Source: Cupriavidus necator (lineage in GTDB: Bacteria > Pseudomonadota > Gammaproteobacteria > Burkholderiales > Burkholderiaceae). From it: DNA of 32,000 nucleotides. Below the pieces are notes generated by a model, which did not search any database, was not told where the DNA came from, and saw only the letters and a list, made by a program, of their open reading frames with translations. Of this stretch, positions 8,471 through 16,845 are shown in pieces (within the stretch, counting starts at the first letter, position 1; each line of letters opens with the position of its first letter). Position numbers and translations under genes: made by a program. The stretch spans positions 660,001 to 692,000 of the forward strand of contig NZ_CP066018.1 in NCBI RefSeq assembly GCF_016127575.1. The letters are read 5' to 3'.

Positions 8471-8710
8471 GGATGGCGCGGCGTGCGTCCAGGGGGTACG
8501 GACATAACTTGAAACAAATTTAGGCCGGGCACGCTCTGGCGGCCCGCGAATTCGCCCGCAGTATACATAACGACGAACGCGCGAGTACTCCTGATGCACT
8601 GCACAATCACTTTTACACGAAGAAAGTCAACCCGCTCTGTGCTGTAACGTTACTGAAAGGTTAGGCTTCCATTTCTCGGGCGGTTCCGCCCACTGCCTCA
8701 AGCTAATTCA
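8471..8710. promoter_or_regulatory. Divergent control region between the ABC/DUF1854 operon and the cphA genes
   Basis: A 240-bp AT-richer spacer containing four perfect palindromes: GCGAATTCGC (8546-8555), GTATAC (8561-8566), GAGTACTC (8583-8590) and GTAACGTTAC (8644-8653). A GGGCGG-tt-CCGCCC hairpin lies at 8678-8691. I could not assign promoter hexamers confidently. Confidence 0.4.
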
Positions 8711-11344
8711 ATGAAAAAGAAGGACATTGAGATTTTCGATGTCATGTCGCTGCGCGGCCCGAATATGTGGACATATCGGCCCGTACTGGAGGCATGGGTC
8801 GATATCGGGGAACTGGAGGACTTTCCCTCCAACACGATTCCGGGGTTCCACGAGCGCCTGTCGGCCTGGCTGCCGTCGCTGATCGAGCATCGCTGCAGTA
8901 TCGGCGAGCGCGGCGGCTTCCTGCAGCGCGTGAAGGACGGCACCTGGCCCGGCCATATCCTGGAACACGTGACGCTTGAGCTGCAGAACCTGGCGGGCAT
9001 GCCCGGCGGCTTCGGCAAGGCGCGCGAGACCCCGGTGCGCGGCGTCTACAAGGTGATCGTGCGCGCCTGGCACGAGCAAGTCACCCGCGTCGCCCTGTTC
9101 ACCGCCCGCGACCTGGTCATGGCCGCGATCGAGGACCGTCCCTTCGACGTCCCCGCCGCCGTGGACAACCTGCGCCGCCTGGTGGACGAGCATTGCCTGG
9201 GCCCCAGCACCGCCTGCATCGTCGATGCCGCGGACGACCGCGACATCCCGGCGATCCGCCTGTCGGACGGCAACCTGGTGCAGCTGGGATACGGCGCGCG
9301 CCAGCGCCGCATCTGGACCGCCGAGACCGACCGCACCAGCGCCATCGGCGAAAGCATTTCGCGCGACAAGGACCTGACCAAGAGCCTGCTGGAGTCCTGC
9401 GGCGTGCCAGTCCCCGAGGGCCGCATGGTCGATTCCCCGGCAGACGCCTGGGACGCCGCCGAGGACATCGGCGTGCCGGTGGTGGTCAAGCCCTATGACG
9501 GCAACCACGGCCGCGGCGTGTTCACCAACCTGATGACCCGCGAGGAAGTCGAGACCGCCTACGGCGTGGCCATCGACGAAGGCAACGGCGTCATCGTCGA
9601 ACGCTTCATCCCCGGCAACGAGCACCGCCTGCTGGTGGTGGGCGGCCGCCTGGTGGCCGCCGCCATGGGCGAGACCGCGAGCGTGGTCGGCGACGGCAAG
9701 TCCACCATCGACGAGCTGATCGAGCTGCAGATCAATTCCGATCCGCGCCGCGGCACCACCGAGGATCATCCGCTGAACCGTGTGCGGCTGGACTCGGCCG
9801 CGCGCCTGGAACTGAAGCGCCAGGGCATGAACGCCAGCTCGGTACCGCCCGAAGGCCGCACCGTGCTGATCCAGCGCAACGGCAATGTCGCCTTCGACGT
9901 CACCGACCGTGTGCACCCGAGCGTCGCTGCGCATGCGGCGCTCGCCGCGCGCGTGGTCGGGCTGGACATCGCCGGCGTGGACCTGGTGGCCGAGGACATC
10001 TCGCGCCCGCTGGCCGAGCAGCGCGGCGCCATCGTCGAGGTCAACGCCGGCCCCGGCCTGCTGATGCATATCAAGCCGGCCGAAGGCACGCCGCGCCCGG
10101 TCGGCCGCGCCATCGTCAACCACCTGTTCCCTGAGTCCGATGACGACCAGGGCCGCATCCCGGTGGTGGGCGTGACCGGCACCAACGGCAAGACCGTGGT
10201 CGCGCGCCTGGTGGCGCGCCTGCTGCAGCTGTCGGGCAAGCATACCGGCCTGGCCTGCAGCGACGGGCTGTTCCTGGACCGCCGCCAGGTGGAAAGCGGC
10301 GACCGCGCCAACTGGGAATCGGGCCATCGCATCCTGATGAACCGCGCGGTCGAGGCCGCCGTGTTCGAGAACGACAGCGGCAGCATCCTCTCCGAAGGCC
10401 TGGCCTACGACCGCTGCCAGGTCGGCGTGGTCACCAATTTCGACCAGCCCGACCACCTCGGCGACTACTACGTCGAGGACGAGGACCGCATGTACAACGT
10501 GCTGCGCACGCAGGTCGACGTGGTGCTGGAGACCGGCGCGGCCGTGCTCAACGCGCGCGACGAACGCCTGGTGGAGATGGCCGGGCTGTGCGACGGCGAC
10601 GTGATCTTCTTCGGCCTGACGCCGGAACTGCCTGCTATCGTGTCGCACCGCGCCGCCGGCAAGCGCGCGGTGTACCTGCGCGAAGGCAAGATCGTGCTGG
10701 CCACCGGCAGCAGCGAAACCGCGCTGGTGGACGTGGCCGCGGTGCCGCTGACCTATGCCGGACGCGTCGCGTTCCAGGTCGAGAACGTGCTGGCGGCCGT
10801 GGCCGCGGGCTGGGCGCTGGGCATTTCCAACGACCTGATCCGCGCCGGCGTGGTGACCTTCGATGTCGGCCAGGTCGACGTGCCGGGCCGCTTCACGCTG
10901 TTCGAGCGCAACGGCGCCACCGTGGTGGTCGACGACGCCCACAACGCGCCCGCGCTGGAAGCCCTGGCGACCGCGCTGGAGCGCTTCCCGGCCGAGCGCC
11001 GCATGGTGGTCTACGGCGCCGGCATGCAGCGCCGCGACGAAGACCTGGTGCGCCAGGGCATGGCGCTGGGGCAGCATTTCGACCGCGTCTTCCTGTGCGA
11101 GGACCGCAGCGTCAAGCGCGCCCTGCCCGATGCCGAGGCGCGCGCGCTGCTCAAGCAGGGCCTGTACGAAGGCCGGCGCGTGACCAAGATCATCGACGAA
11201 GGCACGCGCGCCAGCGCCATTGAAACCGCGCTCAGCCAGCTGGTGCCGGGCGACCTGCTGGTACTGCAGTGCGACGAGGCCGCCACCGGCGCCACCGTCG
11301 ACCTGGTGCACCACTGGATGGGCCAGCCTGCGCGCCGCGCCTGA
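8711..11344 (+). CDS. cphA: Cyanophycin synthetase paralog with a divergent catalytic core (canonical N-domain block, degenerate G/M motifs)
   Basis: 877 aa. N-domain LRGPNMW...PGFHERLSAWLPSLIEHRCSIGERGGFLQRVKDGTWPGHILEHVTLELQNLAGMPGGFGKARET. ATP-grasp VVVKPYDGNHGRGV and IVEVNAGPGL. Mur-like P-loop GVTGTNGKT. It reads RNGNVAFDVTD where canonical enzymes have ANLSTGGxAxDxTD, and also ENDSGSILS, DDAHNAP and GAGMQRRD. Confidence 0.9.
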   Translation: MKKKDIEIFDVMSLRGPNMWTYRPVLEAWVDIGELEDFPSNTIPGFHERLSAWLPSLIEHRCSIGERGGFLQRVKDGTWPGHILEHVTLELQNLAGMPGGFGKARETPVRGVYKVIVRAWHEQVTRVALFTARDLVMAAIEDRPFDVPAAVDNLRRLVDEHCLGPSTACIVDAADDRDIPAIRLSDGNLVQLGYGARQRRIWTAETDRTSAIGESISRDKDLTKSLLESCGVPVPEGRMVDSPADAWDAAEDIGVPVVVKPYDGNHGRGVFTNLMTREEVETAYGVAIDEGNGVIVERFIPGNEHRLLVVGGRLVAAAMGETASVVGDGKSTIDELIELQINSDPRRGTTEDHPLNRVRLDSAARLELKRQGMNASSVPPEGRTVLIQRNGNVAFDVTDRVHPSVAAHAALAARVVGLDIAGVDLVAEDISRPLAEQRGAIVEVNAGPGLLMHIKPAEGTPRPVGRAIVNHLFPESDDDQGRIPVVGVTGTNGKTVVARLVARLLQLSGKHTGLACSDGLFLDRRQVESGDRANWESGHRILMNRAVEAAVFENDSGSILSEGLAYDRCQVGVVTNFDQPDHLGDYYVEDEDRMYNVLRTQVDVVLETGAAVLNARDERLVEMAGLCDGDVIFFGLTPELPAIVSHRAAGKRAVYLREGKIVLATGSSETALVDVAAVPLTYAGRVAFQVENVLAAVAAGWALGISNDLIRAGVVTFDVGQVDVPGRFTLFERNGATVVVDDAHNAPALEALATALERFPAERRMVVYGAGMQRRDEDLVRQGMALGQHFDRVFLCEDRSVKRALPDAEARALLKQGLYEGRRVTKIIDEGTRASAIETALSQLVPGDLLVLQCDEAATGATVDLVHHWMGQPARRA

Positions 11345-11390
11345 CGCGGCCCCAAGCTCAACCGCGCATAGAAGACACGGAAACCGTTCT

Positions 11391-13961
11391 ATGGAAGTCT
11401 CACGTATCCGGGCCCTGCGGGGCCCGAACCTGTGGTGCCGCCACACCGCCATCGAGGCGATCGTGGCCTGCCAGGATGCCACCAACATGCTGTCGGCGCT
11501 GCCCGGTTTTGAAGACCGGCTGCGCGCCCGTTTCCCCGAAATCGGGCCGCTGCGCCCGGACGAGGAGTCGGGTGAGCTGTCGCTGGCCCACGTGCTGGAA
11601 GTGACCGCGCTGCGCCTGCAGGCCGCCGCCGGCTGCCCGGTCACCTTCAGCCGCACCGCGCAGACGGTCGAGCCCGGCACCTACCAGGTGATCGTGCAAT
11701 ACAGCGAGGAAGAAGTCGGCCGGCTTGCGTTCGAGCTGGCCGAGGCCCTGTGCCGCGCCGCGCGCAACGACACCCCGTTCGACCTGGCAGACGCGCTGCA
11801 CCGCCTGCGCGAGCTGGACGAGGACGTGCGCCTGGGGCCCAGCACCGGCTCCATCGTCTACGCCGCCGTGGCGCGCGGCATCCCCTACCGGCGCCTGACG
11901 CAGGGCTCGATGGTGCAGTTCGGCTGGGGCAGCAAGCAGCGCCGTATCCAGGCCGCAGAGACCGACCGCACCAGCGCCGTGGCCGAATCGATCGCGCAGG
12001 ACAAGGACCTGACCAAGACCCTGCTGCACGCCGCCGGCGTGCCGGTGCCGCTGGGCCGCTCGGTGCGCAGCGCCGAAGAGGCCTGGGCCGCAGCGCAGGA
12101 AATCGACGCCCCGGTGGTGGTCAAGCCGCGCGACGGCAACCAGGGCAAGGGTGTGGCGGTGCGCATCCGCACCCGCGAGGAAGTGATGACGGCCTACGAG
12201 GTCGCCTCGGACATCAGTTCGGACGTAATCGTCGAGCGCTATATCCCGGGCCATGACTTCCGCCTGCTGGTGGTCGGCAAGCAGCTGGTGGCGGCCGCGC
12301 GCCGCGACCCGCCGCAGGTCATCGGCGACGGCGTGCATACCGTGCGCCAGCTGGTCGAGGAAGTGAACCGCGACCCGCGCCGCGGTGAAGGCCATGCGAC
12401 CTCGTTGACCAAGATCCGCTTTGACGACATCGCGCTGGCCACGCTGGCCAAGCAGAACCTGACCGCCGATTCCGTGCCGGCCAACGGCACGCGCGTGGTG
12501 TTGCGCAACAACGCCAACCTGTCCACCGGCGGCAGCGCCACCGACGTCACCGACGACGTCCACCCGGACATCGCCGCGCGTGCCGTGGCGGCGGCGCAGA
12601 TGGTGGGCCTGGACATCGCCGGCGTCGACGCCGTGTGCGAGACCATGCTCAAGCCGTTCGAGGAACAGGCCGGCGGCATCGTCGAGGTCAACGCCGCGCC
12701 GGGCCTGCGCATGCACCTGCAGCCGTCGTACGGCAAGGGCCGCGCGGTCGGTGAAGCCATTGTCTCGACCATGTTCTCCGATGGCGACGATGGCCGCATC
12801 CCGGTGGTGGCCGTGTCCGGCACCAACGGCAAGACCACCACGGTCCGGCTGATCACCCACATCATGGCCACCAGCGGCCTGCGCATGGGCATGACCGGCA
12901 CCGACGGCGTGTATATCCAAGGCGAGCGCATCGACACCGGCGACTGCAGCGGCCCGCGCAGCGCGCGCAACGTGCTGCTGCACCCGGACGTGGACGCCGC
13001 CGTGTTTGAAACCGCGCGCGGCGGCCTGCTGCGCGAAGGCCTGGCCTTCGACCGCTGCGACGTGGCGGTGGTGACCAACGTGGGCGAAGGCGACCACCTG
13101 GGCCTGTCCTACATCAACTCGGTGGAAGACCTGGCGGTGCTCAAGAGCGTGATCGTGCAGAACGTCGCGCCGCACGGCATGGCGGTCCTGAACGCAGCCG
13201 ACCCGATGGTGGTGCGCATGGCCGACGCCTGCCCCGGCAGCGTCACCTTCTTCGCCCACGATCCCAACCAGCCGGCCATGGCCACGCACCGCGCGCAGGG
13301 CAAGCGCGTGGTGTTCGTGGACGGCGCCGACATCGTGGCGTCCGAAGGCGATACTGAAGTGCGCATCGCGGTAGCCGAGGTCCCGCTGACGCGCAACGGC
13401 ACCATCGGCTTCCAGGTCGATAACGCGATGTCGTCGATCGCCGCCGCGTGGGCGCTGGGCATCGACTGGCCGACCATCCGCCGCGGCCTGGCCACCTTCG
13501 TCAACGACGCGCAGACCGCCCCGGGACGCTTCAACGTGTTCGACTACCGCGGCGCCACGCTGATCGCCGACTACGGCCACAACCCGGATGCCATCCTGGC
13601 GCTGTGCAACGCTGTCGAGACCATCCCGGCCAAGCGGCGCATGGTGGTGATCAGCGGCGCGGGCGACCGCCGCGACGACGACATCCGCCGCCAGACCCAG
13701 ATCCTGGGCGGCGTGTTCGATGAAGTCATCCTGTACCAGGACCAGTGCCAGCGCGGCCGCGCCGACGGCGAGGTGCTGGCGCTGCTGCGCGAAGGCCTGC
13801 AGGGCGCGCAACGCGCCGGCCAGGTCGAGGAGATCCGTGGCGAGTTCCTCGCCATCGATACCGCGCTGTCGCACCTGCAGCCGGGCGACCTGTGCCTGGT
13901 CCTGGTGGACCAGGTGGAAGAGGCGCTGGGGCATATCGCCAGCCGCATCGCGCAGGGCTGA
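11391..13961 (+). CDS. cphA: Cyanophycin synthetase (canonical G and M catalytic motifs, divergent N-domain block)
   Basis: 856 aa from the ATG at 11391. It has VVVKPRDGNQGKGV, NNANLSTGGSATDVTDDVHP, IVEVNAAPGLRMH, VSGTNGKTTT, AVFETARGGLLREGL, TNVGEGDHLGL, DYGHNPDA, GAGDRRDDD and QRGRADGE, all as in cyanobacterial CphA1 as I remember it. Confidence 0.9.
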   Translation: MEVSRIRALRGPNLWCRHTAIEAIVACQDATNMLSALPGFEDRLRARFPEIGPLRPDEESGELSLAHVLEVTALRLQAAAGCPVTFSRTAQTVEPGTYQVIVQYSEEEVGRLAFELAEALCRAARNDTPFDLADALHRLRELDEDVRLGPSTGSIVYAAVARGIPYRRLTQGSMVQFGWGSKQRRIQAAETDRTSAVAESIAQDKDLTKTLLHAAGVPVPLGRSVRSAEEAWAAAQEIDAPVVVKPRDGNQGKGVAVRIRTREEVMTAYEVASDISSDVIVERYIPGHDFRLLVVGKQLVAAARRDPPQVIGDGVHTVRQLVEEVNRDPRRGEGHATSLTKIRFDDIALATLAKQNLTADSVPANGTRVVLRNNANLSTGGSATDVTDDVHPDIAARAVAAAQMVGLDIAGVDAVCETMLKPFEEQAGGIVEVNAAPGLRMHLQPSYGKGRAVGEAIVSTMFSDGDDGRIPVVAVSGTNGKTTTVRLITHIMATSGLRMGMTGTDGVYIQGERIDTGDCSGPRSARNVLLHPDVDAAVFETARGGLLREGLAFDRCDVAVVTNVGEGDHLGLSYINSVEDLAVLKSVIVQNVAPHGMAVLNAADPMVVRMADACPGSVTFFAHDPNQPAMATHRAQGKRVVFVDGADIVASEGDTEVRIAVAEVPLTRNGTIGFQVDNAMSSIAAAWALGIDWPTIRRGLATFVNDAQTAPGRFNVFDYRGATLIADYGHNPDAILALCNAVETIPAKRRMVVISGAGDRRDDDIRRQTQILGGVFDEVILYQDQCQRGRADGEVLALLREGLQGAQRAGQVEEIRGEFLAIDTALSHLQPGDLCLVLVDQVEEALGHIASRIAQG

Positions 13962-13974
13962 CCGGCCCGGCGAT

Positions 13975-14012
13975 AAAAAAAGGCCAGCTCCGCAGAGCTG
14001 GCCTTTTTCTTT
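13975..14012. terminator. Bidirectional rho-independent terminator
   Basis: An A7 tract, then a perfect 9-bp stem GGCCAGCTC (13982-13990) / GAGCTGGCC (13995-14003) with a 4-nt loop CGCA, then TTTTTCTTT. It lies between the convergent cphA and permease genes. Confidence 0.8.
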
Positions 14013-14021
14013 GCGCGCCGA

Positions 14022-14681
14022 TCAGTGGCGTCCGGGCAGCGACAAGCGCCGCTCCAGCATATGCTGCACCCCCGACAGCCCCGTGCTCAGCACCCAGTAG
14101 ATCGCCGCCACCGCCAGGTACAGAGGCAGCGGCTGGTAGGTGGCCGCGATCACCTCCTGCGCCGTGCGCAGCAGCTCGGTCACGGTGATGACCGATACCA
14201 GCGAGGTGTCCTTGATCAGGCTGATCAGGCTGTTGGACAGGCTTGGCACCGCCAGCCGCAGCGCCTGCGGGCCGATCACGTAGCGCAGTGCCTGCGCCGG
14301 CGTCAGGCCCAGGCTGTAGGCTGCCAGCCATTGGCCGCGCGACACGCCCAGGATGGCCCCGCGCATGCTCTCGGACAGGTAGGCGCCGACGTTCAGGCTC
14401 AGCGTCAGCACGCCCGCGGGCGTGGGCTCCAGCGCGATGCCGATGCCCGGCAGCCCGTAGTAGACGACAAAGATCTGCACCAGCAGCGGCGTGCCGCGCA
14501 TGATGCTGACGTAGGTGCGCGCCGCCGCCTTGAGCACACGGCTATGGCTGATGCCCATCAGCGCCACCACCGTGCCCAGCATCAGCCCGAACACCATCGA
14601 CCACAACGCGAACTTGATGGTCAGCAGCGTGCCCTGCAGCAGCACTGGCAGGGAATCGGTGACAAGCTGGAGAGCGGACAT
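14022..14681 (-). CDS. Polar amino-acid ABC transporter permease (YecS/TcyL-like)
   Basis: 219 aa. It aligns along its length with E. coli YecS as I recall it (LQLVxDSLPxLLxG..., IxRGTPLxxQxFxxYYGLP, GxTPxQxxRxxxxPQAxRxAxPxLSNSxISLxKDTSL EAA loop). Confidence 0.85.
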   Translation of the reverse strand: MSALQLVTDSLPVLLQGTLLTIKFALWSMVFGLMLGTVVALMGISHSRVLKAAARTYVSIMRGTPLLVQIFVVYYGLPGIGIALEPTPAGVLTLSLNVGAYLSESMRGAILGVSRGQWLAAYSLGLTPAQALRYVIGPQALRLAVPSLSNSLISLIKDTSLVSVITVTELLRTAQEVIAATYQPLPLYLAVAAIYWVLSTGLSGVQHMLERRLSLPGRH

Positions 14682-14790
14682 GGGCGTGGCGGCGGCAGAA
14701 GAATGAAAAAGAAAACGGCGCGGCAGCCATGCAGACCGCGGCGCCGCGACATGATACCGCCCGGCTTGCTGGCCGGCTTACCTGACTGGC

Positions 14791-15612
14791 TTACTTGATT
14801 GGCTTACCGGCGGGCCTGGTCACGTCGGTGCCGAACCACTTCACCGAGAGCTTGCCAAGCGTGCCGTCCTTGCCCAGGTCATCCAGCGCGTGGTTGATGG
14901 CCTGCGCGAACTTGGGGTTGTCCTTGCGGAACGGGATGGCCACCTGCGTGGTGGCACCCGCCACGATCGCGCCCGGCCGCAGCGGCAGGTTGGCGGTCTT
15001 GACCAGGTAGGCGACCATCAGCCGGTCGTTCAGCGCGGCGTCGACGCGCTGTGCCGCGAGGTCGCGCAGGTACTCAGGCGCGCCGGGATAGGTCTTGACG
15101 TCGATGCCCGGCACCGACTTGGCCAGGTCGTTGAAATTGCTGCCCAGGCTGACGCCGAGCTTGTGGCCCTTCAGGTCTTCCAGCGACTTGAACTGGCGCT
15201 TGTCGTCCTTGCGCTGGATCAGCTGCGCATCCGAGTAGACGTAGGGCGTGGAGAAGTCCAGCACTTGCTGGCGCTGAGGCGTGACGTTGACCTGGTTGAC
15301 GATCACGTCGAACTTGCCCGCCTGCAGGCCGGCAATGATGCCGCTCCACTCGGTGGTGACGAACTCCGGCTTCACCCCCAGCTTGCCCGCCACCGCACGC
15401 GCCACGTCCACGTCAAACCCTTCCAGCTCGTTCTTCGCGCCGCGGAAGCCGAACGGCGGATACGTGCCCTCCAGGCCGATCTTTAGCACGCCGGCCTGCT
15501 TGACGGTATCGAGCAGGTCGGCGGCCTGCGCCGCGGTGGACGCCAGCCCGGCGCCGGCAAGCAGCGAGGCAGCCAGCAGGGATTTGAGCCAGCCAGTACG
15601 AATCGATCGCAT
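14791..15612 (-). CDS. Amino-acid ABC transporter periplasmic binding protein (FliY/TcyJ cystine-binding-like)
   Basis: 273 aa with a signal peptide ending AAQA. LKIGLEGTYPPFGF, GFDVDVA, VIVNQVNVTPQRQQVLDFSTPY and GTLGKLSVKWFG resemble E. coli FliY. GGAGA lies 4 nt upstream of the ATG. Confidence 0.85.
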   Translation of the reverse strand: MRSIRTGWLKSLLAASLLAGAGLASTAAQAADLLDTVKQAGVLKIGLEGTYPPFGFRGAKNELEGFDVDVARAVAGKLGVKPEFVTTEWSGIIAGLQAGKFDVIVNQVNVTPQRQQVLDFSTPYVYSDAQLIQRKDDKRQFKSLEDLKGHKLGVSLGSNFNDLAKSVPGIDVKTYPGAPEYLRDLAAQRVDAALNDRLMVAYLVKTANLPLRPGAIVAGATTQVAIPFRKDNPKFAQAINHALDDLGKDGTLGKLSVKWFGTDVTRPAGKPIK

Positions 15613-15812
15613 ATGTTCTCCAGTGGATGCGGATAAGCAGTGTGGGGGACAGACAGCGCCGGAGGCCGCTTGTGAGGGCCGCCGGCCAGTTGTGCTGCTA
15701 TGAGCCTATATCGGGCTCAACACTACCGCAAACACTATCGAGCGCTAAATACTGATTCATTATGGCTAAATAACCGCCGGACCTGATACGGCCAGGCCGT
15801 GGCGCCCTGCCC

Positions 15813-16724
15813 TTACTGGTAGGCCTTGTCGTTGGGCGCCGCGAACAGCGCCTTCATGTCGGCCGAGAGCGGGTAGTTCATGTTGATGCCGCGCGGCGGG
15901 ATCGGCGACATGAACCACTTGTTGTACAGCTTCTCGGCACGGCCGCTGGTCTGCAGGTCTGCGATCACGCCGTCGGCCAGCTTCTTGAACGAGGGATCGT
16001 CCTTGCGGAACATGCAGGCGTAGTTCTCGGTCTGCAGCGGCGCGCCGACCACCACCCAGTCGGCCGCGCTCTTGGCCTTGGTGCGCTCGCCGTACAGCAG
16101 CGGCTCGTCCATGACGAAGGCAGCGGCGCGGCCGGTCTCCAGGATCAGGAAGGACTGGCCGTGGTCCTTGGTGCTGATCAGGTTCATGTTCATGGCCTTC
16201 TCGCCGTTCATCTTGACCAGCAGGCGCTCGCCGGTGGTGCCGGCGGTGGTGACCACATTGCGGTCCTTCAGGTCGGTGAACTCCTTCACGCCCGAATCCT
16301 TCCTGGTCAGCATCTTGATGCCGTAGACGAACATGCTGTTGGAGAACGCCACCTGCTTCTGGCGCTCCAGGTTGTTGGTGGTGCTGCCGCATTCGATGTC
16401 GATGGTGCCGTTCTGCACCAGCGGGATGCGGTTCTGCGAGGTGATCGGGGTCAGGCGCATCTGCAGGCCGGGCATCTTCAGTTCGCTCTTCACCTTGTCG
16501 ACAATCTGCAGCAGGATCTCGTGCGAATAGCCCATGACCTCCTTGCCGTCGGTGTATGAGAACGGGATCGACGATTCGCGATAGCCAAGCGAGATCACGC
16601 CGCTGTCCTTGATCTTCTTCAGCGTGTCGCCATCGGCGGCATGGGCGGCGCCGGCGGCCAGCAGCAGCGTGGCGGCCGCAAGCGCGCGGCGGGTGGCGGA
16701 TCGGTGGGGGTGCAGTGATTGCAT
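15813..16724 (-). CDS. Glutamate/aspartate-type ABC transporter periplasmic binding protein (GltI-like)
   Basis: 303 aa from the ATG at 16724, with AAGGAG 6 nt upstream. Signal peptide ...AAGAAHA. It has GVISLGYRESSIPFSY, QNGTIDIECGSTTNNLERQKQVAFS and KWFMSPIPPRGINMN, typical of GltI-family binding proteins. Confidence 0.8.
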   Translation of the reverse strand: MQSLHPHRSATRRALAAATLLLAAGAAHAADGDTLKKIKDSGVISLGYRESSIPFSYTDGKEVMGYSHEILLQIVDKVKSELKMPGLQMRLTPITSQNRIPLVQNGTIDIECGSTTNNLERQKQVAFSNSMFVYGIKMLTRKDSGVKEFTDLKDRNVVTTAGTTGERLLVKMNGEKAMNMNLISTKDHGQSFLILETGRAAAFVMDEPLLYGERTKAKSAADWVVVGAPLQTENYACMFRKDDPSFKKLADGVIADLQTSGRAEKLYNKWFMSPIPPRGINMNYPLSADMKALFAAPNDKAYQ

Positions 16725-16845
16725 GTGGCGCTCCTTGTAGTGGGGCTTGGTCATTGAGGCATGTTTCGTGGACGGCGTCGTGGCTTGCGGACGCACGGGT
16801 ACGGCATGAACCAACACTTGCCTGCGGCGCTAGCGGGACAGGACG

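Noticed and set aside
8521-8545. A sigma54-type promoter (GGGCAC-gctct-GGCG) upstream of the cyanophycin genes.
   Set aside because: The -12 element lacks the TTGC/GC at the correct 10-11 nt spacing from the GG. No better match was seen on either strand.
8708-13934. Very long antisense ORFs opposite both cphA genes (8708-11680, 990 aa; 11400-13934, 844 aa).
   Set aside because: These are typical shadow ORFs of high-GC DNA. Their translations are low-complexity (A/G/R/H/D/V runs), with no motifs and no RBS. The sense strand carries unmistakable CphA motifs with the expected GC3 bias.
14022-16724. The adjacent amino-acid binding proteins and permease as a dedicated Asp/Arg supply for cyanophycin synthesis.
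   Set aside because: The binding protein and permease pair align best with the E. coli cystine system (FliY/YecS) as I recall it. A strong bidirectional terminator separates them from cphA. They belong to the LysR/dadA unit.
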